NCBI GenBank assembly: GCA_902769585.1
Contig: CACXPT010000004.1
Location: 1,689-65,688 of the forward strand
DNA from: an uncultured bacterium
GTDB lineage: Bacteria; Verrucomicrobiota; Kiritimatiellia; RFP12; UBA1067
Direction of reading: 5' to 3'
Length of the DNA stretch: 64,000 nt
The translations under genes and the position numbers were made by a program. The stretch's first letter is position 1. Each line of letters begins with the position of its first letter. The notes under the pieces are model-generated. The model was not told the DNA's origin. It saw only the letters and a program-made list of their open reading frames with translations, and made no database searches. Shown in pieces: positions 9,093-17,970 of this stretch.

Positions 9093-10792
9093 TGAAGGTC
9101 TATTTCCCGACAAGCACATTGAACTTTTCGAGTATCATCTCGGCACAGAGGATACTGCCTGTTCAATATTACGTCGAGGGGGCGCTTTGGTGGAATCGGT
9201 ATGTGAAGACTGTAGCCGAGAAGGATGCGGTAACGATTTTGTATAATCGCTTTCCGGTTTGGGAAATCAACGATCCTGACAGAGATAACTATCCACTTGT
9301 CATTGTTTTTGATGGGTGTCCAGTGGCTAAGAAATCTCGGGTTGATCTGAACTGTGAGGCTGGTGGCAAAAAACTGACGGCATTCTTCACTAATGTCCCG
9401 GTCGCGGTCTCGGCAAAGGATATCTTGGCAGGTAAGATTGAGTTTGTCTTCAGAAACGAAGATGAGAAACGACGTATTCTGTTGAAGGCCGAAAGCGGAG
9501 TGGATGAGTGCAAGGTCCTGGGCTTGTTGATGACCGCGAGGCCAGAAGCCTTTATAGCCGGGATGGCCAGAAACATTAAAAATGAGGTGAGACTTCCTGT
9601 TGAAGAGGCGTTACATCCGCAGTTCGAAGAAGCGGAGCGTAAAGTTCTTGAGAACAAGTTCAATTGGGAGGATTTGGTCCACGAGGAGCGACTTAGAGGT
9701 GCGGAGTTAGGTTTTGAATTGGGGTGTTATATTAGATCGCTACGCGGCGGCGTGTTCAGTGGCGCATTTCGTGAACGAATGGAATTCGGCGATTGGCGCA
9801 ATGACGTCCTGCCTCCGTCCTTCAATTCAATCCTCGAGGGATTCATAAAACGTCCTGCGATGGCATGGGATCCCAATCGTAGTGTGGTACTAGCATTGGT
9901 AGATAAGATTATGGCCGATTTTGCAAAAGACAAGTCGGTTGACAAGTCGGTGAAGAATACGTTTCTTGTTCTTCACAATCACTGGGGCAGCGCCGAACAA
10001 CGGTTTAAGATATCCGAGATCGAAGACGTATATTTGCAGGCATTCGCTGCGTTCCTCGAATGTGGAGCGATGCCAGGGAAGTATCCGCGCTATTTGAAGA
10101 GTATGAAGCTGAAGAGTCCGGAATTCATGCTGGCGCTTTATGGAGCTGTTGTCGGTTATACATCTTTCTCACGCTCCCTTATGATCAATGAGAATTATCT
10201 GCCGCAGCCACCTGCGGTAGAACCGAGTTTCGGGATGACTAAGGTGGTTGGCGGTGCGCCTGCTCCCACGCCAGTGGAGACAGGAGAATCTAACGCGACA
10301 GGTATGTCGTCTTCGCAAGTAAAAACGCCTCCTAGATCAGATATTCTCTTCGTGCAGAAGATCGCCGAAGAACGTAAAGCGGAGGCAAAAAAAGAGAAAA
10401 AACCTGAACAGGGAGATTTGTTCGCTGAAATGACTCTTGGTGCGGGTACGCAGAAGGTGACTGCGGCGGCTACACCGCCCATTGTTGGTCCAATCGAGGA
10501 TGGAGGATGGATCAATGCATGCGCTTCGGTCATTGATGATTTAAAAGCTAGAAAAACATTTATAAATGATATGACGTGGTTTGTGGGGAACCACAAAGCT
10601 ACCTTTGTCGATAAAGATGGCATAACTAAAAAGGGTCGTTATTACGACACGGAGTATAGAGTAACACTCGAGAGTGTTGAACGTCACATGTTCAATAGCT
10701 TGAATAGTGGCCCTGACTCGGTGCGAATCGACTATCAGAAGGTCCCGATCAAGAAAGTAATGGCAATCTTAAGGCAACACTATGGCCAGTGA
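9092..10792 (+). CDS. Hypothetical protein with no recognisable domain (gene 3)
   Basis: 566 aa. The start ATG overlaps the stop of gene 2 (TAATG). There is a central Pro/Lys-rich low-complexity linker (PQPPAVEPS..APAPTPVE..KKEKKPEQ). I recognise no catalytic motifs. Confidence 0.6.
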   Translation: MKVYFPTSTLNFSSIISAQRILPVQYYVEGALWWNRYVKTVAEKDAVTILYNRFPVWEINDPDRDNYPLVIVFDGCPVAKKSRVDLNCEAGGKKLTAFFTNVPVAVSAKDILAGKIEFVFRNEDEKRRILLKAESGVDECKVLGLLMTARPEAFIAGMARNIKNEVRLPVEEALHPQFEEAERKVLENKFNWEDLVHEERLRGAELGFELGCYIRSLRGGVFSGAFRERMEFGDWRNDVLPPSFNSILEGFIKRPAMAWDPNRSVVLALVDKIMADFAKDKSVDKSVKNTFLVLHNHWGSAEQRFKISEIEDVYLQAFAAFLECGAMPGKYPRYLKSMKLKSPEFMLALYGAVVGYTSFSRSLMINENYLPQPPAVEPSFGMTKVVGGAPAPTPVETGESNATGMSSSQVKTPPRSDILFVQKIAEERKAEAKKEKKPEQGDLFAEMTLGAGTQKVTAAATPPIVGPIEDGGWINACASVIDDLKARKTFINDMTWFVGNHKATFVDKDGITKKGRYYDTEYRVTLESVERHMFNSLNSGPDSVRIDYQKVPIKKVMAILRQHYGQ

Positions 10793-11834
10793 GAAGATAA
10801 CGATTCGCACTGATACGGGGGAAGTGGTCGAGGCGATGGCGCCGGTTATCATCTCCGCTAGTCGTTCGACGGACATCCCGGCGTTCTATGCGAAGTGGTT
10901 CTTCAACCGGCTTGAGAAGGGGTATTGTGTCTGGTATAATCCCTTCAATCAGAAGCCGGGTTATGTTTCCTTCTCCAAGTGCAAAGTGGTTGTGTTCTGG
11001 ACGAAGAATCCAGAGCCAATCATCCAGTATCTGCCGGAACTCGATAAACGCGGCATTCATTATTATTTCCAGGTTACCTTGAATGATTATGTACGCGAGG
11101 GGTTTGAGCCGAACGTTCCGTCGGTCGAAGAACGTGTCGAGACGTTCAAGAAACTTGTTAAGATAATTGGCAAGGAGCGTGTGATCTGGCGCTTCGACCC
11201 GTTGATTGTGACTAAGGAGATTACGCCAAGAGAGTTGTTGAAACGAATTTGGGATGTCGGCAATCTTCTCAAAGGGTGTACAGAGAAGCTGGTGTTCAGT
11301 TTTGTGGATGTCCGCGCGTATCGGAAGGTACAGAATAATCTCGTTAAGGAGACCAGGTCCTTCGATAAAGACACTGTTGAATCAGCGGAGATGTCCGAGA
11401 TACAACGACAGAAAATGATCGAGGGGCTTGTAAAGATCCGTGAGGCCTGGGCAAAGGATGGATGGGATGTCACTATGGCCACATGTGGTGAGGATTTCGA
11501 TTATGATGCGTATGGTATCGAGCACAACCGTTGCATTGACGGCGAGTTGATGGAGCGGGTATTCGGAGAAGACAAGGCGCTTGTTTACTATCTACGTACC
11601 GGAAAACTTGCGGAGCCGGATCTTTTCGGGGAGTTGCCGCCCATTCCTGCCGCGTGTAAGAATCTTAAGGACAAAGGCCAGCGCAAGGCCTGTGGATGCA
11701 TGATTAGCAAGGATATCGGCATGTACAACACGTGTCGCCATCTCTGCGTATACTGCTATGCGAATACGAGCAAGGAATGCGTGTTGAAGAATGCGGAGAA
11801 ACACAACGATCAAAGCGAAAGCATCATTGGATAA
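10782..11834 (+). CDS. DUF1848 family protein with a C-terminal Cys cluster (gene 4)
   Basis: 350 aa. ISASRSTDIPAFYAKWFFNRLEKGYCVWYNPFN...VVFWTKNP...IWRFDPLI matches my memory of DUF1848. The C-terminus reads KACGCMISKDIGMYNTCRHLCVYCYAN, with CX3CX2C at 11733-11756. It overlaps gene 3 by 11 nt. Confidence 0.75.
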   Translation: MASEKITIRTDTGEVVEAMAPVIISASRSTDIPAFYAKWFFNRLEKGYCVWYNPFNQKPGYVSFSKCKVVVFWTKNPEPIIQYLPELDKRGIHYYFQVTLNDYVREGFEPNVPSVEERVETFKKLVKIIGKERVIWRFDPLIVTKEITPRELLKRIWDVGNLLKGCTEKLVFSFVDVRAYRKVQNNLVKETRSFDKDTVESAEMSEIQRQKMIEGLVKIREAWAKDGWDVTMATCGEDFDYDAYGIEHNRCIDGELMERVFGEDKALVYYLRTGKLAEPDLFGELPPIPAACKNLKDKGQRKACGCMISKDIGMYNTCRHLCVYCYANTSKECVLKNAEKHNDQSESIIG

Positions 11835-11836
11835 AA

Positions 11837-14800
11837 ATGACAGAGCTACAAAAGAGATACTTTGAAGAACTCGCAAGGCGGCGCAAGGTGATTGCTGACG
11901 CGCTTGATGATCCTGCGGCGGGTGGATTGCGGGAAGGAACGTCTGATAAGTATTCTGATGAAGCTCATTTCGTTTACGAGTTATTGCAGAATGCTGATGA
12001 TGTAGGTGCAACACGGGCCGAATTTGAGCTTAAACCAGGTGAGCTGATTTTTCGTCACAATGGGATTGTGCATTTCACGATTACTGATCCGGCGAATGAA
12101 CGAGAAGATTTTAAAAATCACACGGCCGGACACGTGAACTCTATTACGGCATATGGAGGACGCAATAAGCAGTCGCAGAATGATGAAGGAAATGTAATCG
12201 GAAAATTTGGACTGGGATTCAAATCAGTTTTCCTTTACACGAATTCGCCGTCAATTTATGATCGCGATGTTCGATTTAGTTTGGAACGCGAAATCATTCC
12301 ACACCCGTTGGAGAATGATTTTCCTGGACGCTTGCCAGAAGAAACAGTGTTTCGTTTTCCGTTTGACAAGTCTGGGCTTGAGTCGCCGGCAGCAGATGTT
12401 AGTCGTAAGTTTGCGTCTTTGATATTCCCAAATCTCTTCTTGAATCATCTAAAGGTTATTAGATTGAAGAATGGTTCGGATTTCTGTGAGTATGTTAAGA
12501 CAGTCCTTGATGAGCATGATTTCTCTGATGAAGATTCTTTTTCAACGAAGGCTCAACTTATAGAATTCCAGAAGATAACTGTCATCAGTAGGGAAACGAC
12601 GAGACTTTGGTTGTTTTCGCGTCGAGGATCAACAAATCATAGGTATTCAATTGGCTATGTTCTTGATGATAGTGGAGTGCCAAGACCGGTAAACTTTAAG
12701 GCCTTTTGTTTCTTTCCGACGAAACATGCTACGGGTTTGAAGTTTCTAATGCATGCACCGTTTCTGTTGAATGATAGCCGAGAGAATATTAAGGCCAAAG
12801 AAGGGCATAACGTTACATTAATAAATAAGTTGGCTGATTTGGCGGGTGACAGTCTTGAATATCTGCGAGATATTGGAGAGAAAGATGGAAGAAATCTCAT
12901 AACAGATGCTATTCTTGATGTGATTCCGTTGTCTGCTGAAAATGAAGTGGAGGACGAGATCTCTTTTAATGCGTTTTATCAGCGCATCCTTGAAAAATTC
13001 TTTGACAAACGTTTAATACCGACAGCGGCAGGTTGCATTGATCGTCTCCGCGCCTATTGGCCGATCTCAAAACAAGTTCTGACGATTTTCCCCGACGATA
13101 TCCTCCAGGAGCTATACCACCATGGTTGTGAAGATGGCGAGGCGCTTGCTGATATTCATTGGGCTTTCGTTTCTCGATGGTCGTCTCCGTCAATGGATAA
13201 GAGACAGAGTGCATTTATTGACCATTGTATTCGCGCTCGTCCGACAGAAATTGAACTTTTGGATAATGTCACGGCGGGGTTTATAAAGAATCGTTCTAAA
13301 GAGTGGCTGTCGGCATTTTACGCGTGGATTGACGAAAGTGAAGAACGGCGTAAGAAAGCGAGGCGGTTACCAATATTCTTGAATCAACATTGTAAAGCAG
13401 TAGCGGCATTCGATCAACGAGATCAGCACATCCTCTTCCTTCCGGCTCATGGGGCTGATAATTATGAGACGATAAATGAGGAACTGCTTAGGGATGAGCA
13501 TACTAAGGAACTGGTAGAGCGGTACAAGATATCAGAACCATCCCGCGAGGATCGGATTCGCTATATTATTTCCAGAAGGCTTTCGAACTGCGACGGTGAT
13601 GAGGCAGGGGGCTTGTTCAAGGAAGTTGTGGCGTATTATGCTTCTCTCCCGCAAGATGATAAAACACGTCTTGTAAATGAGATGACAGGGAATGTGCACC
13701 TTAAGAGTGTTGACCTTAAGACTGGGGAGAAAAACTACAGGCCTCCGCACGGACAGTATTTGCCGTCTGAGTTTATCCGAGAGTATTTTGGTATGAAGTA
13801 TAATGCGCTCATGGTTGATATGGAGTACTACCATGGGTTAATTGAACAGCGAATGTGGAAGGATCTTGATGATTTGCTTCTTCGACTTGGAGTCGGCACA
13901 ATGCCAGTCATTATGTCCCAAGAGATGGCGTACACGGAATGGTCTCCTTTCAAACAGCGGTGTAGTAAGCTTGACCTTAGTTTTTCAGATCCGGCCGATC
14001 GGTATTATTACGACCAGAAGTTTACGAAGCAATATATTCATGGCGCATCCACATTTCTCAAGCGGATACTTGAGGAGGAGAATCTGGACGCGAAAAGGAA
14101 ACTATCTTTAATGTTGTGGAAGGTTCTTCGGTATCACGCCGATAACTTCAAGGAAGTGTCGTCATGCAAGTTTAATGGCATAGATCTTTCGTCGATATAT
14201 TCTGGTTCATGTAACTTGTTCGGACATCGCGTGTATTCTTTTGTTAGTAAGGACAAGAACAGAGGGAATTTTTTAAGTGGGCTTCATGCTTATTCTTATC
14301 GCGGAATGAATTACGAAGGTTTTGATAGTCCTCAGTTGCTAGACTTGCGGTCGGCAAGATGGATTGCGGTGGATGAGGGAACATATTATTCGCCAGATGG
14401 GCTCCCCATAAATCGCTTGCCAGATGAGTATGAGCATGGCGACGAGAATGATCCGCTTATTCGGATGCTCGGGATCGGTCCCAAGGAAGTGCCGATAGAG
14501 GTGAGGGGGGAGATTGAGGCCAGAACAAAAGCGCAAGCGGAGGCAGAAGCTCGTGATCGGCTTTCCGAGGATCAGAAGCGGACAATGGATATTGGCGAAA
14601 AAGCGAGACGCCTTGGGCTTGATGAGGCCGATCTTGAGGAAATGGCCCGGCGAAAACGCGAAAAGAAGATGACCGAAGATAAGACCGCTTATGGTACGGG
14701 ACATCCTCGCCCTAAATCAGATTCGCTGATGAGCAGAATTGAAAGAGATGTCCAAGAATATAAGGAAGGCTTAGAAAAGCATACCTCGCCTCCCCCGTTG

Positions 14801-17116
14801 CCGAATCCGGAAGAGGAGTTTGAGGATGACGATGAACTTACTCCGAAGGCTGTAAATTTCGCAGATCGGATAAAGAAGCGTGAGCAGAGGCAGGCTGCTG
14901 AGATCGCTGAGCTGGAACGCGGTGATGAATTGCAGCAGAAAGCACAATCTCAGGAGCGGTATACCTTTGGCTGGTTTAAGGGATTGCTTGAGTTGGAGAT
15001 GCTCGGGAAGGAGAAGGATGCTGAAAATCAACGAGAGCTATCAATTTGTTTCACGAAGATGGAACATGAGTCTGGTACGGAGCGAACATTCATTCTGAAG
15101 CGTCCCAATCGTAACATTCCTGCATGGGTCGAGGATCTTTCGGGTATTCCTCTGCACATGATTATCGATAACAAGTCCGTTCAGGCGATTATCGAGGTGA
15201 TGAGTGTGCAGTCGTTCAACCTTCGGGTGAAGCTGAAGGCAAGTGCAGTGCTTGATCATTTGAACTTATCCGGACTGATGGAGGCGAAGATTCAAGCACA
15301 GTGTCCGACATTTCTTCTTAATGAGTTGAAGCGTGGGTTTGAGGGTCTTCCTTTTGAAGACTCCAAGAATCTTAAATTGGATCTAACAAAGGATATTGAG
15401 TTCATCTTTGGCCCTCCCGGGACCGGTAAGACAACCTTTCTTGCAGCCAATCGAATTATCCCGATAATGCAACGGGATAAGGACTGTCGAGTACTAGTAC
15501 TCGCTCCGACTAACAAAGCCGCAGATGTATTGGCGGCACGAATCATTTCGGAGGTCGGTGACGATTCGTATCGTGATTGGTTGATCCGGTTCGGGAATAC
15601 GGCAGATGAACAGTTAGAACGTGCAGGGGTTTGCCCCGGTAAGGATGTGGATCTAAAGAAGTATCCACGGCACACTGTTATTGCCACGATTGCTCGTTTC
15701 CCGTATGATAAGTGCATTACAGGGAATTCTGAGCCTATGCCGTTAGTCGATCAGGAGTGGGAGTACATCGTAATTGACGAGGCGTCGATGATTCCGTTGG
15801 TGAATATCATCTATCCTCTTTATAAAAAAATCGGGACTCAATTTATCATTGCCGGAGATCCGCTTCAGATAGAGCCCATTATTTCGAATGATTTATGGAA
15901 GGATGAAAACATTTATACGATGGTTGGCCTAAAAGACTTTGAGCTTCCGAAAACCGAGCCACATAATTACAAGGTTACTCGATTGGCAACACAGTATCGT
16001 AGTGTCCCCTCTGTAGGAAAGATTTTCAGTACGTATAGTTACAAGGGTGTCCTGCGCCATCATCGATATGAAGCTGACATTCGCCCACTTGAGGTTGAGG
16101 GGTTGCCAGAGATAAGGCCTCTTACGAAGGTCATGTTCCCGGTGAGTCCCTATGAAAGCATCTATCGCCTTAAACGCCTTGGGTTAAAGGGCGGGTCATC
16201 ATATCAGATATATTCGGCGTTGTTTGCCTTTGAGTTAGTGTGCGCAGTTGCGAAGAGAATGAGACAGCAGCAGAAGAAGTTCCGAATAGGTGTGATTTCT
16301 CCTTATCGTGCGCAAGCCGACTTGGTGCAGAAGCTCGTTGAGTCTGAAAAGCTTCCGGAGTACATAGACATCTCAGCTGGGACTGTGCATGGATTCCAGG
16401 GGGATGAGTGTGAGATGATTGTAGCTTTGTTCAATCCTCCACCTGGGATATCAGACCGTGCAGGATCGTTCATTAATAAGAAGAATATTATAAATGTTGC
16501 GGTAAGTAGAGCGAAAGATTATCTGGTAATGTTGATGCCGGATGATAAGACGCAGAATTTAGGAAATATGCATGAGGTACGTCGGATTGAGGCGATTATG
16601 CGGTGCGATCCCGAACACTTCATTCAGCATACAAGCGCAGAGTTTGAAAAAGCTATCTTTGGTGATGATAGGTTTATTGAGAAGAATGCTTTTTCGACCG
16701 GTCATCAAATGGTGAATGTCTATGGTATTCCAGACGCAATATATGAGGTGCGATCTGAGGATACAGCCGTTGATGTTCAGATTCACAAAGCGACGGTCGT
16801 TAAAAGAGTTCCATTGCAAGCTCTTGATGAAGGGGTGGTAACATCTCAAGATCATATAGGTGCGACAGAATTTGCTACGTTTGCGATGCGGCAAAATCCT
16901 GAAGCTCTGAATCTGGCAAGGAAGTACCAGTCTGCAATGCAAAAGATTGCGACCGCCCAGGCAACGAAAGATCGCTTGACTATGATCATGGCAGAGTTTG
17001 AGTTGAAGAAGTATGTGCCGTTGCTAAATGATCTATATCGTGCCTATTGTGCGACGTTCAAAGTGAATGTTTCATTTGAAACTGCAATGTCGGATCTTTT
17101 GCAAAAGAGAAGCTGA
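11837..17116 (+). CDS. 1759-aa fusion: sacsin/paraMORC-type GHKL (Bergerat) ATPase N-terminus + long middle region with a charged coiled-coil + Upf1/DNA2-like SF1 helicase C-terminus (gene 5)
   Basis: The start at 11837 (MTELQKRYF) lies 2 nt after the gene 4 stop; the track start at 11732 would overlap gene 4. HFVYELLQNADDVGA (ELLQNADD at 11978-12001), GKFGLGFKSVF. K/E-rich segment at about 14500-15000. Helicase motifs: FIFGPPGTGKTT (15411-15437), VLAPTNKAAD, IVIDEASMI (DE at 15776-15781), IIAGDPLQIEPI, LATQYRS, GTVHGFQGDECEMIV, INVAVSRAKDYL. Confidence 0.8.
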   Translation: MTELQKRYFEELARRRKVIADALDDPAAGGLREGTSDKYSDEAHFVYELLQNADDVGATRAEFELKPGELIFRHNGIVHFTITDPANEREDFKNHTAGHVNSITAYGGRNKQSQNDEGNVIGKFGLGFKSVFLYTNSPSIYDRDVRFSLEREIIPHPLENDFPGRLPEETVFRFPFDKSGLESPAADVSRKFASLIFPNLFLNHLKVIRLKNGSDFCEYVKTVLDEHDFSDEDSFSTKAQLIEFQKITVISRETTRLWLFSRRGSTNHRYSIGYVLDDSGVPRPVNFKAFCFFPTKHATGLKFLMHAPFLLNDSRENIKAKEGHNVTLINKLADLAGDSLEYLRDIGEKDGRNLITDAILDVIPLSAENEVEDEISFNAFYQRILEKFFDKRLIPTAAGCIDRLRAYWPISKQVLTIFPDDILQELYHHGCEDGEALADIHWAFVSRWSSPSMDKRQSAFIDHCIRARPTEIELLDNVTAGFIKNRSKEWLSAFYAWIDESEERRKKARRLPIFLNQHCKAVAAFDQRDQHILFLPAHGADNYETINEELLRDEHTKELVERYKISEPSREDRIRYIISRRLSNCDGDEAGGLFKEVVAYYASLPQDDKTRLVNEMTGNVHLKSVDLKTGEKNYRPPHGQYLPSEFIREYFGMKYNALMVDMEYYHGLIEQRMWKDLDDLLLRLGVGTMPVIMSQEMAYTEWSPFKQRCSKLDLSFSDPADRYYYDQKFTKQYIHGASTFLKRILEEENLDAKRKLSLMLWKVLRYHADNFKEVSSCKFNGIDLSSIYSGSCNLFGHRVYSFVSKDKNRGNFLSGLHAYSYRGMNYEGFDSPQLLDLRSARWIAVDEGTYYSPDGLPINRLPDEYEHGDENDPLIRMLGIGPKEVPIEVRGEIEARTKAQAEAEARDRLSEDQKRTMDIGEKARRLGLDEADLEEMARRKREKKMTEDKTAYGTGHPRPKSDSLMSRIERDVQEYKEGLEKHTSPPPLPNPEEEFEDDDELTPKAVNFADRIKKREQRQAAEIAELERGDELQQKAQSQERYTFGWFKGLLELEMLGKEKDAENQRELSICFTKMEHESGTERTFILKRPNRNIPAWVEDLSGIPLHMIIDNKSVQAIIEVMSVQSFNLRVKLKASAVLDHLNLSGLMEAKIQAQCPTFLLNELKRGFEGLPFEDSKNLKLDLTKDIEFIFGPPGTGKTTFLAANRIIPIMQRDKDCRVLVLAPTNKAADVLAARIISEVGDDSYRDWLIRFGNTADEQLERAGVCPGKDVDLKKYPRHTVIATIARFPYDKCITGNSEPMPLVDQEWEYIVIDEASMIPLVNIIYPLYKKIGTQFIIAGDPLQIEPIISNDLWKDENIYTMVGLKDFELPKTEPHNYKVTRLATQYRSVPSVGKIFSTYSYKGVLRHHRYEADIRPLEVEGLPEIRPLTKVMFPVSPYESIYRLKRLGLKGGSSYQIYSALFAFELVCAVAKRMRQQQKKFRIGVISPYRAQADLVQKLVESEKLPEYIDISAGTVHGFQGDECEMIVALFNPPPGISDRAGSFINKKNIINVAVSRAKDYLVMLMPDDKTQNLGNMHEVRRIEAIMRCDPEHFIQHTSAEFEKAIFGDDRFIEKNAFSTGHQMVNVYGIPDAIYEVRSEDTAVDVQIHKATVVKRVPLQALDEGVVTSQDHIGATEFATFAMRQNPEALNLARKYQSAMQKIATAQATKDRLTMIMAEFELKKYVPLLNDLYRAYCATFKVNVSFETAMSDLLQKRS

Positions 17117-17419
17117 TTTTCTGTGAGATACGGTAGATGAATAATATTACCATTGAAGTCAATGTTGAACAAAAGAGTCTCTGTAGAGTTTTCTGTGGCG
17201 AATGAGGGCATATGAGGGACACGTGCCCCTACCGATGACGGGGGCTGAGAACGGATGTATATCTTGGGATAGCGACCATTCCGTATCGTTGGTGGTGGCG
17301 AGATTGGTAACGGGAAGGCTGGAACTGTAAGAAATCGCGGGTTGGCATGTTCTGTGCTTATGGCAGCACGTAAGATTGCGCTGCGAGAGACGAGTAAGGG
17401 ACAAAGACAGGAAAGGAAA

Positions 17420-17791
17420 ATGCTGATGTACGAGTTTATCGGAAAGGTAAAGGCAGTCGGCGAGCTGCAGACGTTCGCGAGCGGGTTCTCGAAGCGGGAG
17501 CTGGTCGTCGAGGAAGAGCGCGACGGCAGGTGGTCGAATGTGGTGGCGTTCTCGTTCAAGAAGGACAACGCCGCCCTGCTGGACGGGATGTTGCCGGGTG
17601 TGCGCGTGAAGGTGGGATTCGCGGTGGACGGACGCGAGTGGACAGATCCCAAGACAGGGAAGGTGCGGTACTTCTCGGATTTGACGGCGCTGAGGCTGGA
17701 GCGGCTTGACGGGGTGGTGGAGGTGCCGGAGCCGGCTGTCCCTGACAACGTGACATCCGGGCGCGATGATGACCCCGAAATCCCATTCTGA
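17420..17791 (+). CDS. DUF3127 domain protein (OB-fold-like)
   Basis: MLMYEFIGKVKAVGELQTFASGFSKRELVVEEE...VAFSFKKDNAALLDGMLPGVRVKVGFAVDGREW...KVRYFSDLTALRLE follows the DUF3127 pattern. AGGAAA lies just upstream of the ATG at 17420. The track start at 17342 is probably too far upstream. Confidence 0.7.
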   Translation: MLMYEFIGKVKAVGELQTFASGFSKRELVVEEERDGRWSNVVAFSFKKDNAALLDGMLPGVRVKVGFAVDGREWTDPKTGKVRYFSDLTALRLERLDGVVEVPEPAVPDNVTSGRDDDPEIPF

Positions 17792-17970
17792 GGTCATGCA
17801 GACTGACAAAGACATTTTCTGGGGACACCGTAGCGGCCTGCCGAGGGCAGGAATCCAGCGGAAACAAAGGCTGAATGCCGCAAGGCAGGATGCTCCCGCG
17901 ATAATGTGGTTCGGATTCGCGGTCCTGAAACACGGGCCATTCATCCGCAGCGGTCAATCCCCGTTTATTT

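Noticed and set aside
17044-17944. Minus-strand ORFs 17044..17748 (234 aa) and 17159..17944 (261 aa)
   Set aside because: They overlap the well-supported DUF3127 gene on the opposite strand and have Ser/Pro/Arg-rich low-complexity translations.
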